Shown piece after piece: positions 47,713 through 58,449 of a stretch of 64,000 nt of DNA. Each line of letters opens with the position of its first letter. Positions within the stretch are counted from its first letter, which is position 1. Under the pieces are notes generated by a model, which saw only the letters and a program-made list of their open reading frames with translations, did no database searches and was not told where the DNA came from. Position numbers and translations under genes: made by a program. Source of the stretch: a bacterium (GTDB lineage Bacteria; Patescibacteriota; Minisyncoccia; Phycocordibacterales; Zambryskibacteraceae); assembly GCA_030649135.1 (NCBI GenBank), contig JAUSGI010000006.1, positions 1 through 64,000 on the forward strand, written 5' to 3'.

Positions 47713-48159
47713 ATGAGAAAATATGTCTTTATTGCGCTTTTTACATATACATTCATCCCATTAGCAGTCAGTGCCCATCCTGGCAACACAGCTTCTGATG
47801 GATGCCACTATTGCAGGACAAATTGTGATAAATGGGGTGTCGCATGGAATGAAAGGCATTGTCATGCTTCTAAGGGTGTCCCCCAACCTACGGAACCTAT
47901 AAGAAGTATTCGGGGAGAGGTTAGAGGAACTGCGGTACCGGCACCTGAGTATCAGACCTATATACCTAAGGCTTCCATTCCTGTTAGTGAGCCAGCCAAA
48001 GCTTTAAAGGAGATTAAAACTCAGGTACAAAAGAAGACATCAGCACCAGTTAATAATCAAGTAGTGGGAACATCAACGTCGTCCAAAGATATTGTTCCAA
48101 TATCTCAACCGAAGCCACAACAGAAGAAAAGCTTTTGGGCTAGATTCTTTGGCAGGTAG
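47713..48159 (+). CDS. Hypothetical secreted protein with Cys/His-rich N-terminal motif
   Basis: Signal peptide MRKYVFIALFTYTFIPLAVSA; HPGNTASDGCHYCRTNCDKWGVAWNERHCHA possible metal site. Confidence 0.45.
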   Translation: MRKYVFIALFTYTFIPLAVSAHPGNTASDGCHYCRTNCDKWGVAWNERHCHASKGVPQPTEPIRSIRGEVRGTAVPAPEYQTYIPKASIPVSEPAKALKEIKTQVQKKTSAPVNNQVVGTSTSSKDIVPISQPKPQQKKSFWARFFGR

Positions 48160-48307
48160 TATATTTATCTACTGCTTGGGTTGAAATTCATTTTTTAGCT
48201 TTCCTTAAACTTTCTCAGCTTCTTCCACTTTTCTCATAGCTCTAATTAACATTAACCTTTGAGCCATTTGTTGCATATATTCTCGGTTTAAAAGGAGCGG
48301 TATATGA

Positions 48308-48733
48308 ATGCTATACTTGGGGAGCCCGAATAAAATGTCTTACCCTAGAGGATATATAAATAAGGAATTAGAGAAAGAGATCGATAGGTATGGTGATGAA
48401 AGTCCAAATAGTCATTTGGGACCTTCCTACTACGCAAGAGCTTCACTTGGATTAACTGAATTAGAAAGAAGGAGCACAAAGAAAATAAATATGTTCTCTC
48501 TTTCTATAAGTACGCTTGCCTTAGTCTTTTCATTTTTAGCAGTTAAATACTCGGCAGAGCAAGCTGAATATTCAAGAATTCAAAGCGGTCCAGAACAAGT
48601 AAATCTGGCTCGTGCCATAAAACAGGCATTAGAATTTTGTAAGAACCAAAGAGAATGGGAACCTACAAGTCTGATGAATACCTCATCAGGAGAACAGATG
48701 ACGTGTTCAGAAGTGTTAAAATCATATAAATAA
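48308..48733 (+). CDS. Hypothetical protein with one TM segment
   Basis: ORF only. Confidence 0.35.
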   Translation: MLYLGSPNKMSYPRGYINKELEKEIDRYGDESPNSHLGPSYYARASLGLTELERRSTKKINMFSLSISTLALVFSFLAVKYSAEQAEYSRIQSGPEQVNLARAIKQALEFCKNQREWEPTSLMNTSSGEQMTCSEVLKSYK

Positions 48734-49117
48734 ATGAAGACAATCTTAGTTGATGCTGTAGATTGTTTCGTTTCAGATACAGGAGAGATTTATAATGAAA
48801 TGCACGATCTTCTTGAGACCTACCCTAACAAGAAGATTATTCTTACTGGTGCAAATGATGAGCAATTTCAGAAATTCGGCTTAGACAAGATGCCTTATGA
48901 GGTATTTACCCTAAAGCATAGTCCTGAAAAAACAGACCCTTCCTATTATGTAAAGATGCTTGAGAACTTTGGATTAGGTAAGGAAGAGGTTATCTACTTT
49001 GAACACAACCCTGAAGCAGTTAAGAGCGCTCAATCTGCTGGAATAAAATCTTATTTCTTTGATTACGATAAGAAGGACTTGGCAAGCCTAAAAATATTCT
49101 TAGATAAAGACCTGTAG
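48734..49117 (+). CDS. HAD-superfamily-like small hydrolase
   Basis: N-terminal ...ILVDAVDCF... resembling HAD motif I; size of a capless HAD. Confidence 0.45.
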   Translation: MKTILVDAVDCFVSDTGEIYNEMHDLLETYPNKKIILTGANDEQFQKFGLDKMPYEVFTLKHSPEKTDPSYYVKMLENFGLGKEEVIYFEHNPEAVKSAQSAGIKSYFFDYDKKDLASLKIFLDKDL

Positions 49118-49123
49118 ATAATA

Positions 49124-49426
49124 ATGGGATATCTAATTCTTATCTTTTTCTTTGGAATCATACCGTCTATATTGTTATTGTATTTCGCGAGAAATTATTT
49201 TAATTGGAAAGCATTCGGCATTACAGTCTTTATAGTATTTGTAGCGGCTTTTATCAGTGACTATATCGGAATTGAGAAAGAACTGTGGACCTATGGCATC
49301 AGTGGTACACAAACAATTGGTAAAACCGTCTTTGGCGTCCCAATAGAAGATTTAATATTCTTCCTCACAATTCCCCCATGGATTATTGGTAGCTACGAGT
49401 TATTGAAAGCTAAGTTTTCAAGATAG
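49124..49426 (+). CDS. Lycopene-cyclase-domain-like small membrane protein
   Basis: ~100 aa, three TM helices, ...GVPIEDLIFF... matching the PxE(E/D) motif of the CrtYcd-type domain. Confidence 0.4.
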   Translation: MGYLILIFFFGIIPSILLLYFARNYFNWKAFGITVFIVFVAAFISDYIGIEKELWTYGISGTQTIGKTVFGVPIEDLIFFLTIPPWIIGSYELLKAKFSR

Positions 49427-49499
49427 ACAGGTTTAATAAATACCCTTGCATGGTAATCGAGACCCATGGTCGCTGATTAATTTGACTTAATTTTATAAT

Positions 49500-49901
49500 G
49501 TGTTATCGTCTACCCTAGAAAGGGGTGTCCGAATGCCTAAGTCAGCAGGTAGAGAAAAGAAGCTGGTAGTGTACGGGCAGACCTTGCAGAAAGCTCGACT
49601 CTCCTCAGGCATACTCAACCAAAAGCAAGCAGCCTCCCGCCTAACAGATGGTGGGCTACAGTGCTCTCAGCCTCTTATCGCTCAACACGAGACTGGCCGG
49701 ATAGTGGATCCTTCGCTAAATTTTTTGAAGGCCATTGCAGCTTTGTACGAAGTTGACTACCGAGACCTGGTCGCTGTACTCGTGATGGATAAGTACGGTG
49801 TCGATTTCACCTCTGGAGAGAAGCCTCGGAACTTGCTGATCCAGCTCGTGGAAAAAAATCTGGAGGAGTTGCAAAAGGAGCTTGCCAGGCTCAAGAAATG
49901 A
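49500..49901 (+). CDS. XRE-family HTH transcriptional regulator
   Basis: ...LQKARLSSGILNQKQAASRL...SQPLIAQHETG... HTH_XRE pattern. Confidence 0.55.
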   Translation: MLSSTLERGVRMPKSAGREKKLVVYGQTLQKARLSSGILNQKQAASRLTDGGLQCSQPLIAQHETGRIVDPSLNFLKAIAALYEVDYRDLVAVLVMDKYGVDFTSGEKPRNLLIQLVEKNLEELQKELARLKK

Positions 49902-49921
49902 GTGTGGATGGGAAAATAAAG

Positions 49922-49963
49922 AACCGCTTACCACAAAACTGGGGAGGCGGTTTTGTGTTTTAT
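49922..49963 (+). terminator. Putative Rho-independent terminator
   Basis: aaccgc...gcggtt stem followed by ttttgtgttttat. Confidence 0.4.
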
Positions 49964-50107
49964 ACGGAACTAAACCTCATAAGCTCTAAGCCTCGCACTA
50001 TATTAGGCAAATTAAGAGTCCTGAACTGCTCAACTAGAGAGTTCTGAACCCCGCCTGCCAGGCCCGGCGGGCAGGTCGTCCAATCATCGGAGCCATGATG
50101 GGAGCAC

Positions 50108-50800
50108 TTGGGATATAATGGGAGCATGATCGATCAGATTAAAAAATGGAACCAAAGTCATACTGAAATTCCTAAAGATAAAAGTGTTTCTCAATATGCT
50201 ATTGAAAGAGAGAAAGATTTTACAAGAAACTCATTTGTCTGTGAATTGGGAGGAGGAACGGGAGCTGATGCCATTTATTTTTTGCAACATGAGCATAAAG
50301 TGGCTTTAGTTGATATTTCAGACTATGCCTTAAAAATAGCTTTGGAAAAAGCAGAACAACTAAGTTTAAAGTTGGAAACTCACAGGGTAACCTTAGGAAA
50401 AGATGCAATACCGTTAGAAGATGAGAGTATAGATGTCGTTTATTCTAGACTCGCCCTGCACTATTTTGATTGGCAAACTACAGTCAACATTTTTAAAGAA
50501 ATTTATCGCATAATGAAAAACGGAGGAAGAGCTTACATTACGGTCAAATCCCCCGATGATTATGAAGAAATGAGTTTTCTAAGACAAACAGCGGTAGAAA
50601 AAGATAAAGGTATTTTTATGGATAAAGGCGATATCAAGAGTAGGTTTACAATAGAACAACTCGAAGCAATTTTAAGAGAAGCAGAAATACGCTCATTTGA
50701 GGTCAAGTCTTACTCTGAAAATTTCGGTACCAGGGTGGATAAAGTTAAATCTGGTAATACCCAGACGATTCTCAATGAGATACAAATTTCAAAAGTTTGA
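50108..50800 (+). CDS. Class I SAM-dependent methyltransferase
   Basis: Motif I ...CELGGGTGADAIYF...; acidic motif II ...VALVDIS... Confidence 0.65.
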   Translation: MGYNGSMIDQIKKWNQSHTEIPKDKSVSQYAIEREKDFTRNSFVCELGGGTGADAIYFLQHEHKVALVDISDYALKIALEKAEQLSLKLETHRVTLGKDAIPLEDESIDVVYSRLALHYFDWQTTVNIFKEIYRIMKNGGRAYITVKSPDDYEEMSFLRQTAVEKDKGIFMDKGDIKSRFTIEQLEAILREAEIRSFEVKSYSENFGTRVDKVKSGNTQTILNEIQISKV

Positions 50801-50954
50801 CTATAAAGAGAATTTTATGGTCGCGGAGCCAAGTATTGACTTTGGTATCCGATTGTGATTGAATGTTTGAAGAAAGCACGGGGGACCCGATTTCGTCGTG
50901 ATGTTTCTGCTTCAAAGTGTACGCATTTAGAGGCGCTAAGGAGGGAAACTGCTC

Positions 50955-51203
50955 GTGACGAACAATAGACCGAACGACATACACTGGGGTGCGTATCCGA
51001 AGGACGCTGTGCAGTGCGACGGCTGCGGTGGCCATGGATGTGACGTCTGCGGCAACAGGGGCTGGTTGCCTGCTGGCCACCCTCAAGGAAGGCGATGCCG
51101 ACGGGAAGGATGCAGGGAGCCGATTGCGCCGCCGCATTTCGGTGTCTACTGCACTCAAACATGCGCCTTCTTAGACAAGTCACGGACTCAGGACAGAATG
51201 TGA
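50955..51203 (+). CDS. Small Cys-rich hypothetical protein (GTG start), GC-rich minicassette
   Basis: aaggaggg SD 9 nt upstream of GTG; CDGCGGHGCDVCGNRGW...C..GC...C; about 65% GC; terminator follows. Confidence 0.4.
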   Translation: MTNNRPNDIHWGAYPKDAVQCDGCGGHGCDVCGNRGWLPAGHPQGRRCRREGCREPIAPPHFGVYCTQTCAFLDKSRTQDRM

Positions 51204-51212
51204 CCGCCACCG

Positions 51213-51268
51213 CCGCGGGACGCGAGAAAAACCTCTCGTCCCGCGGCAGAGGGGCGGCTTTTCTTTTT
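51213..51268 (+). terminator. GC-rich terminator hairpin followed by a T-run
   Basis: ccgcgggacgcgag-aaaaacc-tctcgtcccgcgg ... cttttcttttt. Confidence 0.5.
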
Positions 51269-51600
51269 ATACATAGATTCGAACATCCTCAACCCAGCCA
51301 AGTGGTATGAACGACAAAAAAGCTATTGAAATATTAATGGGGATAGACCACAGGTATAAATTAAGCGACAAAGAAAAAGATGCTATTTCTTCAGCCATTG
51401 GCATGCTCAGCTAGTCTTCACTGACTCAAAGCAGACTAGAATCCAAGAAAAGAAAGCGAGACTAAGAATCACTCAGGTGGTGCCAAGCTATTGAACCTAT
51501 ACGTAACTATTGACAGAATATATTATATATGCTAGACTAGATAAGTAGCCAAATTCCACGCTAATTTCAAGACCACTTGGGATAGCTAAGGAGAAGAGAG

Positions 51601-52068
51601 ATGGCACAGCTCTTTGTAGTTGATCAGAACGGGCACGTGCTCAATAACAACGTAGCCAGCATCATCAACCTCCGGGCGCTCGGTAAGAACATCGATGCCG
51701 AGAAGAACGGATGGGTGTACACGTGGCAGGAGGTATTCACCAGCGGGACGTACAACCTGCCGAAACCAATCTGCCCCGAGGTTCTCACTTTCGGCACGGC
51801 GCGGGCCTACCTCCACGCAAGCAATGGAATCGGAGGACTGCGGGTCACGGCCCGCATCGAGTGTACGGACCCTGCGGTGCTGGAGAAGGCAATCGAAATC
51901 GTGGTCAAGTACGTCGGTGGAAAGGTCAGCACGTTTGACCTCAACCAGCCGGCGCAGCCGAACTCCTTTGTCGATGGAGTTCGGAATGACCTCAAGCGTC
52001 TCTGGCACTGGGTTCGGTACAACGCCCTGCTCATGAGACGGCGCATCCTGCTCCGCCTCAGCATCTAA
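51601..52068 (+). CDS. Hypothetical protein (155 aa), GC-rich minicassette
   Basis: TTGACA-N17-TAGACT promoter at 51511-51539, aaggagaagagag-ATG SD; no known domain. Confidence 0.45.
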   Translation: MAQLFVVDQNGHVLNNNVASIINLRALGKNIDAEKNGWVYTWQEVFTSGTYNLPKPICPEVLTFGTARAYLHASNGIGGLRVTARIECTDPAVLEKAIEIVVKYVGGKVSTFDLNQPAQPNSFVDGVRNDLKRLWHWVRYNALLMRRRILLRLSI

Positions 52069-52190
52069 TCTGGAACAACAAGTAGTATCCGGCTCCACAA
52101 ACGATTGGCTCTATACAGCCCGCCGTGTGTGGAGCCTTTCGTTTTCATTTTTATACAAATTATTTTTCTACTTCTGATATACTTTCTGCC

Positions 52191-52820
52191 ATGGAACATC
52201 TGACCAATCTGTTCAAGCTTATGGAGTTAACCAGGTCTCAACCACAGTATGGCTATGCTTTGGCTGGCATTCAACAAGACGAATTAAGTAACCTTGCGGA
52301 GCACCACTACTTAGTCACTTTTATAGCGTGGCAACTAGCTTCGCAGGTCAAGAAAGCCGGTGCCAAGATTGATATACGGAAAGTCTTGGAATTTGGACTC
52401 ATTCACGACCTTGGAGAATTATTTGGGGGCGACATATCGATGCCATATGCTCGCGCCAATCCAAAGGCAAGAGAATACGCCAAAGCATTCGAAGAAGAGA
52501 ATCAGAAATTCTTATCAAAATTTTTCGGCAATCAGTCCGAATACTTTAAGGAACTTGGGCATGAGATATTGGACGCAAAATCTGATGAATCTCTCATTGC
52601 CAAGATAGCCGATTATATCGAAGCAACTCACTATAAGCAGTACGTAAAAGTATTCTCCAAATTCGATACAGATTTAATAAAACCAAAACTTGCGTCAATG
52701 GTCGAGAAAATGACCGACCCCATCGCCAAGAAAGAGTTGGGTAAATTTATCAATGACTGGACCAGCGATATTACAAAGAAAGAAATTCCCGAAATTCTGT
52801 ATGAAAATACCGAGAAGTAG
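52191..52820 (+). CDS. HD-domain phosphohydrolase (YfbR-like 5'-nucleotidase family)
   Basis: ...EHHYLV... and ...LIHDLGE... HD motifs; start at MEHLTN. Confidence 0.65.
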   Translation: MEHLTNLFKLMELTRSQPQYGYALAGIQQDELSNLAEHHYLVTFIAWQLASQVKKAGAKIDIRKVLEFGLIHDLGELFGGDISMPYARANPKAREYAKAFEEENQKFLSKFFGNQSEYFKELGHEILDAKSDESLIAKIADYIEATHYKQYVKVFSKFDTDLIKPKLASMVEKMTDPIAKKELGKFINDWTSDITKKEIPEILYENTEK

Positions 52821-53007
52821 CAATAAACAATGTGGTTGAATCGAGGTAGAGATCCCAGCATTGCCGTGCGCAGCCCTTATGCTTACGGTTTTGTAAAAAG
52901 CATATTTTTTTTCATATAATTCGACCCCCCTAAATCGATGACGGTCAATCTGTTTATAAGTAGATTTACCCAAAAAAGATAGTGGTGTATACTGAAATTG
53001 AACAATT

Positions 53008-53742
53008 ATGATTTCGTCTATTAACTGGAGCGTAGAAAATTTCTTTGGTCTTTTCGCCCTTACCATGGGCTTACTTTGTAGTATCTACTTTTTCTATGAA
53101 TGGGTCAGGCATTACAGAAAACAAAATTACCTCCTCTTGTGGTCCATTAGCTTAGCGCTTTTTTATGTATTTCTGATTCCGTTCATTCAAATAAAATTTA
53201 GCGAGATAATTATTCTTACTGATTGGACAAATTTTTTCATTCCAACAGTTCCCTTTATATTTTTGGGCTGGGTACTTATCTATTGGACCATAACTCAAAT
53301 AAAATCGTCCGTAACGGATAGAAAATCAGCCAGACTTAAGGTATTTCTTTTGTTTTGGGTCCTTGCATCTTTTATTTTTTATTTTTTCAGATTTTCTTCA
53401 ACAGAAAACGGGAAGTTATTGTCAATTATCGGTCTTTTAATTTTCTTTATCACTATACATGTTTTCATTCTCTCAGCGTTATGGAAGTTATTTAAAACGG
53501 AACGTTGGCAAAAAAACATGCGGGTAAATGCTGGCATTATTTTTATAGCGAGCGCAATTATTATTTCTATCGTAAGATATCTGTTTCTTCTTAACAGCCT
53601 TATGAGACTTCCCGGAGATTTTTGGTTTTTGTCGATAGCATCGTTTGATTTCGTATTTATTTTAAGAAGTGTGGTTGTTATTCTATTAACTATTGGCTTT
53701 GTCCTGATACATAAGCACTATCTTCTCAAGTCTAGGATATAA
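53008..53742 (+). CDS. Hypothetical polytopic membrane protein (7-8 TM)
   Basis: Highly hydrophobic, AT-rich ORF. Confidence 0.5.
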   Translation: MISSINWSVENFFGLFALTMGLLCSIYFFYEWVRHYRKQNYLLLWSISLALFYVFLIPFIQIKFSEIIILTDWTNFFIPTVPFIFLGWVLIYWTITQIKSSVTDRKSARLKVFLLFWVLASFIFYFFRFSSTENGKLLSIIGLLIFFITIHVFILSALWKLFKTERWQKNMRVNAGIIFIASAIIISIVRYLFLLNSLMRLPGDFWFLSIASFDFVFILRSVVVILLTIGFVLIHKHYLLKSRI

Positions 53743-53794
53743 ATATACTCCTTTTGTTTCTGTGTAATGGTTCTAACATCACTCACGGTGCGAA

Positions 53795-54022
53795 TTGGCT
53801 TTCAAACAACGTCTCAGGGAGAACTTGAGGGACAAATTAGATGGAGACGAGGGTATGTATGAGCGTGAAACTGTAGTAAAAGATTTCGATGCTACTCGCG
53901 AGATACTTCTTAAAATTGGACCGATTGAAAATCAGATTTATCGTCTGAAAGGACTGGACGACAGAAATTACACTAAACTTACCTTCTCCGAACAAATAAA
54001 GCGCGCAGAAAACAAATTTTAA
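53795..54022 (+). CDS. Small hypothetical protein
   Basis: ORF only. Confidence 0.3.
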   Translation: MAFKQRLRENLRDKLDGDEGMYERETVVKDFDATREILLKIGPIENQIYRLKGLDDRNYTKLTFSEQIKRAENKF

Positions 54023-54303
54023 TACAAAACAGTTGGCGGAATAGAAAAGGAAGTCGTAGAGTCACCTACGACTTCCAAAAACAATGTCGGGCACATCACT
54101 ACACTCTCGGGAGCCACCCGAGGAGGGATTGCAAACTCCATCCCATGTGAAAACTCACGAGCGAAATCGCTATCACGATGATTACGAAGACGATGGTCCA
54201 GTCATAACTGTAGCTAGGCTTAGGCGTCGCCTTCGGTCTCTCGACAATCCAGAGTAAGTTATGAAGGTCATCCCTCTTTCGCATTTGCTTTCTCCTACCG
54301 TGC

Positions 54304-54570
54304 CTAGCGCTTGGCACATCTGGTTGTGAGAACAATCGCAGTGCCATCCCCATTGATGACAGCGGAGGAAGTAACTTGCTTGCATCCGGCGGTGATGTAG
54401 AGAGTCATTTCTTGTTCATTCAGCACCCTCTTAAAGTCTCTGGGCGCGAGATTCTCCGAAGTGCTGACCTTCCGGCTGATGACTTGCACCTCCTCTAGAG
54501 GGGGAGCATTAGCGCCTACAAATGACCATGCAGACATCACCAGCAACACCGCCACTAGCACCTCTACCAT
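54304..54570 (-). CDS. Small secreted hypothetical protein, GC-rich block
   Basis: aaggagggcgtg-ATG SD, signal peptide MVEVLVAVLLVMSAWSFVGANA. Confidence 0.4.
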   Translation of the reverse strand: MVEVLVAVLLVMSAWSFVGANAPPLEEVQVISRKVSTSENLAPRDFKRVLNEQEMTLYITAGCKQVTSSAVINGDGTAIVLTTRCAKR

Positions 54571-54822
54571 CACGCCCTCCTTCGTTCTCTGCGTTTTGTT
54601 CGGTACGGAGAATTACGATTGAGAACGGCGCACCACGCAGCGCCGTCCTTTCCCGCTTCTACATTTCCTGCGAGAAACACATGACCCCCAACGAGAATGT
54701 CTTCCGAACCTACGTCATCGACGGGATGTTTATCACATCGCCTCGGACTCATCGTACGCGGATCGAAGTCATCGCCCAGACATACGGGGCACACTTCAGC
54801 AACCCCTGCCATGTCTACCATG

Positions 54823-55089
54823 TCAGACCTCCATTGTCTCGAGAAGTGTGCTTCTATCCAACTCCTGACGATTAGCACAACGGCAGACCTTCTCACTTCC
54901 CGGTACCTTAAACTGCAACCACAAAGTGCTGTTGTACCAAACCCTGATCTCGTACCAGACGTACCAGCAGTGATACGGGACTCCATCTTCAGTAAAATGG
55001 TACAGTTCATCTTCCATCTTGCACCATCCATTTCTTGTATCGAAGAGCTCTCCTACCTTCATTGTACCCCTCATACAACCATCTTTCAC
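54823..55089 (-). CDS. Small Trp/Cys-rich hypothetical protein, GC-rich block
   Basis: taaggagggg SD upstream; 88-aa ORF. Confidence 0.35.
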   Translation of the reverse strand: MKDGCMRGTMKVGELFDTRNGWCKMEDELYHFTEDGVPYHCWYVWYEIRVWYNSTLWLQFKVPGSEKVCRCANRQELDRSTLLETMEV

Positions 55090-55190
55090 TTTTGTTATCC
55101 CCTCCTTAGTACGCCCCCATTTTACGATATAATTATAGGCAGAAACGATCTTAGTTCTAAATAAAATCGTCGGAGAGAGGGAGGGTTACC

Positions 55191-55934
55191 ATGTACTATC
55201 AGCTTCTCTTGGTGTTCGGTGTCGCAATGCTCTTGTCACAAGTGGCCGTGCTCGCGACGACCATCCAACTGCATCGTGCCGCAACACATGCAACGCTTGG
55301 AGGGCTCGTCCTCGATCCGAAGGTTGCATGGGCATGCAATCTCATCCTGTGGATTACCACTGGTCAGAGGAGGAGGCAGTGGGTGGCCGTGCACCGCAAG
55401 CACCACGTCTTCACAGACAAGGTGGGTGACCCGCACAGCCCACGCGTGCTCGGCTTCTGGCATGTCCAACTCGGCAACGTCTTTTACTATGTGTGGGCGC
55501 TGAGGGAGAAAGATATCCTGGACAAGTACGCTCCCGATATCCAGGAAGACAAGTGGGACCGGTGGCTCTTCAACCACGGCAAGCTTGGTCTCCTGCTAGG
55601 AACGGTAGCACTCTGCTCGCTCATGGGCATGTGGTGGGGACTGCTCACGGCACTAATTCATGCCGTGACATACATCTTCGTCATCGCCTCCTCCATCAAC
55701 GGCCTGTGCCACACCTACGGCTACAGGAACTTCGATAACACAGCGACTAATCTGCGTCTCCTCGCGTGGATCACCGGAGGCGAAGGGTTGCACAACAACC
55801 ATCACGAATACCCAACTCGTGCGAAGTTCAGTTTCTTCCCGGGCGAGTGGGACCCAGGGTGGTCGATCATCAAGCTTTTGATCAGAGTCAACCTGGCCAC
55901 CATGAAGAAGACCCTTTGGACAGTCCCGAGGTAA
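55191..55934 (+). CDS. Membrane fatty-acid desaturase
   Basis: His boxes HRAATH, HRKHH and HNNHH with 4 TM helices; gagagggaggg SD; about 58% GC. Confidence 0.7.
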   Translation: MYYQLLLVFGVAMLLSQVAVLATTIQLHRAATHATLGGLVLDPKVAWACNLILWITTGQRRRQWVAVHRKHHVFTDKVGDPHSPRVLGFWHVQLGNVFYYVWALREKDILDKYAPDIQEDKWDRWLFNHGKLGLLLGTVALCSLMGMWWGLLTALIHAVTYIFVIASSINGLCHTYGYRNFDNTATNLRLLAWITGGEGLHNNHHEYPTRAKFSFFPGEWDPGWSIIKLLIRVNLATMKKTLWTVPR

Positions 55935-56085
55935 GGATAACGGAAGGGCAAAACCTTCCTTCGACCCAACCCTGGGCGCATAGCGCCCAGGGTTGTTTTC
56001 ATTCACCACCAAGAGTTGTGCACATTCTGTCAACAGGATATCCACCAACTTATTCTGATGACATTGTTGTGTTAGAATCACTCAC

Positions 56086-56631
56086 ATGAAGAAAGTGGTA
56101 GTCATCTTGGTTATCATCGGGGCGGTTGCACTTATATACACCATGCGCAATGGTTCTGCCACAACAAGTAACGTTCCGACAGTAAGCGATAAGGGTATCT
56201 TCCGTCCCGACCCGTCGGGCGCCACTTTCACCTTCGACGACGAATCGGTTACTCTGTCGGCAGGACGAAATGAAACAACCATTACCCCGGGAAGTGCGCT
56301 AGTAGAAGAAACAGCCTTGTTGGACCAATTTGCCTACGGGGATATCAATGCGGACGGCAAAGAGGACACCGTCCTACTTTTGGCCCGTTATGGTGGCGGT
56401 TCAGGAACATTTATATATTTGGCGGCCTTTGTTTCCGGGCCAGTCACTTACCGCGGGTCGGAGGCCACTTTTATCGGAGATCGAGTGTCTCCCCAATCTC
56501 TTTCTATAAATAAAGGCGTTGTGACCATACAATATTTAGACCGTAAAGCGGATGAATCTTTTGCTGCCGAGCCGACCGTGCCGGTATCAAAGCAATTTGT
56601 TTACAAAGCCGGAGGATTTGAAGAAAGATAG
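56086..56631 (+). CDS. Hypothetical secreted / membrane-anchored protein
   Basis: N-terminal signal anchor MKKVVVILVIIGAVALIY. Confidence 0.5.
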   Translation: MKKVVVILVIIGAVALIYTMRNGSATTSNVPTVSDKGIFRPDPSGATFTFDDESVTLSAGRNETTITPGSALVEETALLDQFAYGDINADGKEDTVLLLARYGGGSGTFIYLAAFVSGPVTYRGSEATFIGDRVSPQSLSINKGVVTIQYLDRKADESFAAEPTVPVSKQFVYKAGGFEER

Positions 56632-56654
56632 AAAATGTGTTTTAATAGCCACTT

Positions 56655-58442
56655 ATGGAAATAAGGAATATAGCTATTATCGCGCACGTCGACCACGGTA
56701 AAACCACTCTTACCGACGCTTTGATGCGAGAGACGGGAATGACGGGGGAGGGGGTAACGATGGACTCAAACGCTCTAGAACTGGAACGTGGTATTACCAT
56801 TTATGCCAAAAATACCTCCATTTTTTACAAAGATACGAAGATAAATATTGTCGATACTCCCGGCCACTCTGACTTCGGCTCGGAAGTGGAACGCGTCTTG
56901 CGCTCCATAGATACAGTCCTTCTGGTTGTAGACGCGCAGGAGGGACCGATGCCTCAAACTCGTTTCGTTCTGAAGAAGTCACTCGAGCTCGGTTTGAAAC
57001 CAATCGTAGTGATAAATAAAATTGATAAGCCGGCGGCCCGGCCGGAAGTGGCACATGAATTGGTGCTTGAACTCTTCCTGGAGCTGGGTGCCAACAATGA
57101 GCAGATTGAATTCCCCACCGTTTTCGCTATCGGTAGAGAAGGTGTTGCAAAGAAAAAGTTGACCGACGAATCAAAAGACCTAACCCCCCTACTCGATACT
57201 ATTCTCGAACACGTGCCGCCCGCCGAGCAGAAACTTGATGCACCTGCCCGTTTACAACCCTTTAACCTCGCTTACGATAATTTCCTCGGGCGTCTTGCTA
57301 TCGCACGTATTTACGAAGGCACGTTGAAAAACGGCCAAAAAGTTTTTGTGAAAAAGCCGGATGGAGAAACTTACGCGGGAAAGATAAGCAAACTCTACAC
57401 TTTCGAAGGCCTGAAAAGGAAAGAAGTTGCTGAAGCCGTGGCTGGAGATATTTGTATGCTCGCAGGACTGCCACAAATTTATATCGGTGACACTATCACG
57501 GCAAGCGAGGATACTCCGGCTCTGCCGGCTATTTCGGTCGATGAACCAACTATTTCTCTTAATCTTGTGGTAAACGATTCCCCTTTCGCCGGTCGTGTCG
57601 GTAAATTCGTCACCGGTCGCCAGATCCGTGAGCGCCTTGAACGCGAACTGGAAGTTAACGTTGGACTCAAGATAGATTTTTCCTCCAGTGAATTCATGAC
57701 CGTCTACGGTCGGGGCGAACTTCATCTTGCTATCCTTCTTGAGAATATGCGCCGCGAAGGATTCGAACTCCAAGTTTCGCAGCCGCATGTTTTGGAAAAA
57801 ACAGAAAACGGCAACAGACTTGAACCCTTCGAAGAGGTGCTGATAGATGTGCCGGAACAAATGTCGAGTGCTGTTATCTCCAAGCTAACGGAGCGACGCG
57901 CCAGTCTTATGGATATGAAGACGGAAAATGGACAGACTCGTATTACCTTTGAGGCGCCTACCCGCGGACTATTGGGGTATCGTAATCAATTTATTATTGA
58001 TACTAAAGGTTTGGGCATTCTTTCCTCTCGCTTTACCGCGTTTAAACCATATGCCGGAGAGATGAAACATGAGAAGGGTGGCTCAATGATATCTATGGAG
58101 AACGGCAAAGCGCTCGCTTTCTCGCTCGATAATCTACAAGACAGAGGGGTATTATATATCAAGCCAGCGGAGGAGGTATATGAAGGACAGGTTATCGGTA
58201 ATACCTCAAAGGGTGAAGACCTTTATGTTAATCCAACTAAAGGTAAACAGCTCACCAACATGCGCGCTTCTGGTTCTGACGAAGGTATTTATCTGACCCC
58301 CGCTTACAAACTTGATATAGAACGAGCCATGGAGATTATGGGTGACGATGAATATATAGAAATTACTCCGGATGATGTCCGTCTCCGAAAAATCCTTCTG
58401 ACACAACAGGCACGTTCAAAGGCTCAAAGAAAGACTGTATAA
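56655..58442 (+). CDS. typA: Translational GTPase TypA/BipA
   Basis: [10 protein letters not shown]1, DTPGH G3, NKID G4, EF-G-like domain order. Confidence 0.9.
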   Translation: MEIRNIAIIAHVDHGKTTLTDALMRETGMTGEGVTMDSNALELERGITIYAKNTSIFYKDTKINIVDTPGHSDFGSEVERVLRSIDTVLLVVDAQEGPMPQTRFVLKKSLELGLKPIVVINKIDKPAARPEVAHELVLELFLELGANNEQIEFPTVFAIGREGVAKKKLTDESKDLTPLLDTILEHVPPAEQKLDAPARLQPFNLAYDNFLGRLAIARIYEGTLKNGQKVFVKKPDGETYAGKISKLYTFEGLKRKEVAEAVAGDICMLAGLPQIYIGDTITASEDTPALPAISVDEPTISLNLVVNDSPFAGRVGKFVTGRQIRERLERELEVNVGLKIDFSSSEFMTVYGRGELHLAILLENMRREGFELQVSQPHVLEKTENGNRLEPFEEVLIDVPEQMSSAVISKLTERRASLMDMKTENGQTRITFEAPTRGLLGYRNQFIIDTKGLGILSSRFTAFKPYAGEMKHEKGGSMISMENGKALAFSLDNLQDRGVLYIKPAEEVYEGQVIGNTSKGEDLYVNPTKGKQLTNMRASGSDEGIYLTPAYKLDIERAMEIMGDDEYIEITPDDVRLRKILLTQQARSKAQRKTV

Positions 58443-58449
58443 TATCCCT

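Noticed and set aside
51308-51421. 37-aa AT-rich ORF (MNDKKAIEILMGIDHRYKLSDKEKDAISSAIGMLS) between two GC-rich cassettes
   Set aside because: Short, with no SD or known family. It could be real but is unsupported.
54522-55164. ORFs 54522-54875(+), 54570-55031(-), 54697-55164(+) in the GC-rich block
   Set aside because: They overlap one another and the SD-supported small genes. High GC inflates ORF length on all frames. Only the two SD-preceded minus-strand ORFs were kept.
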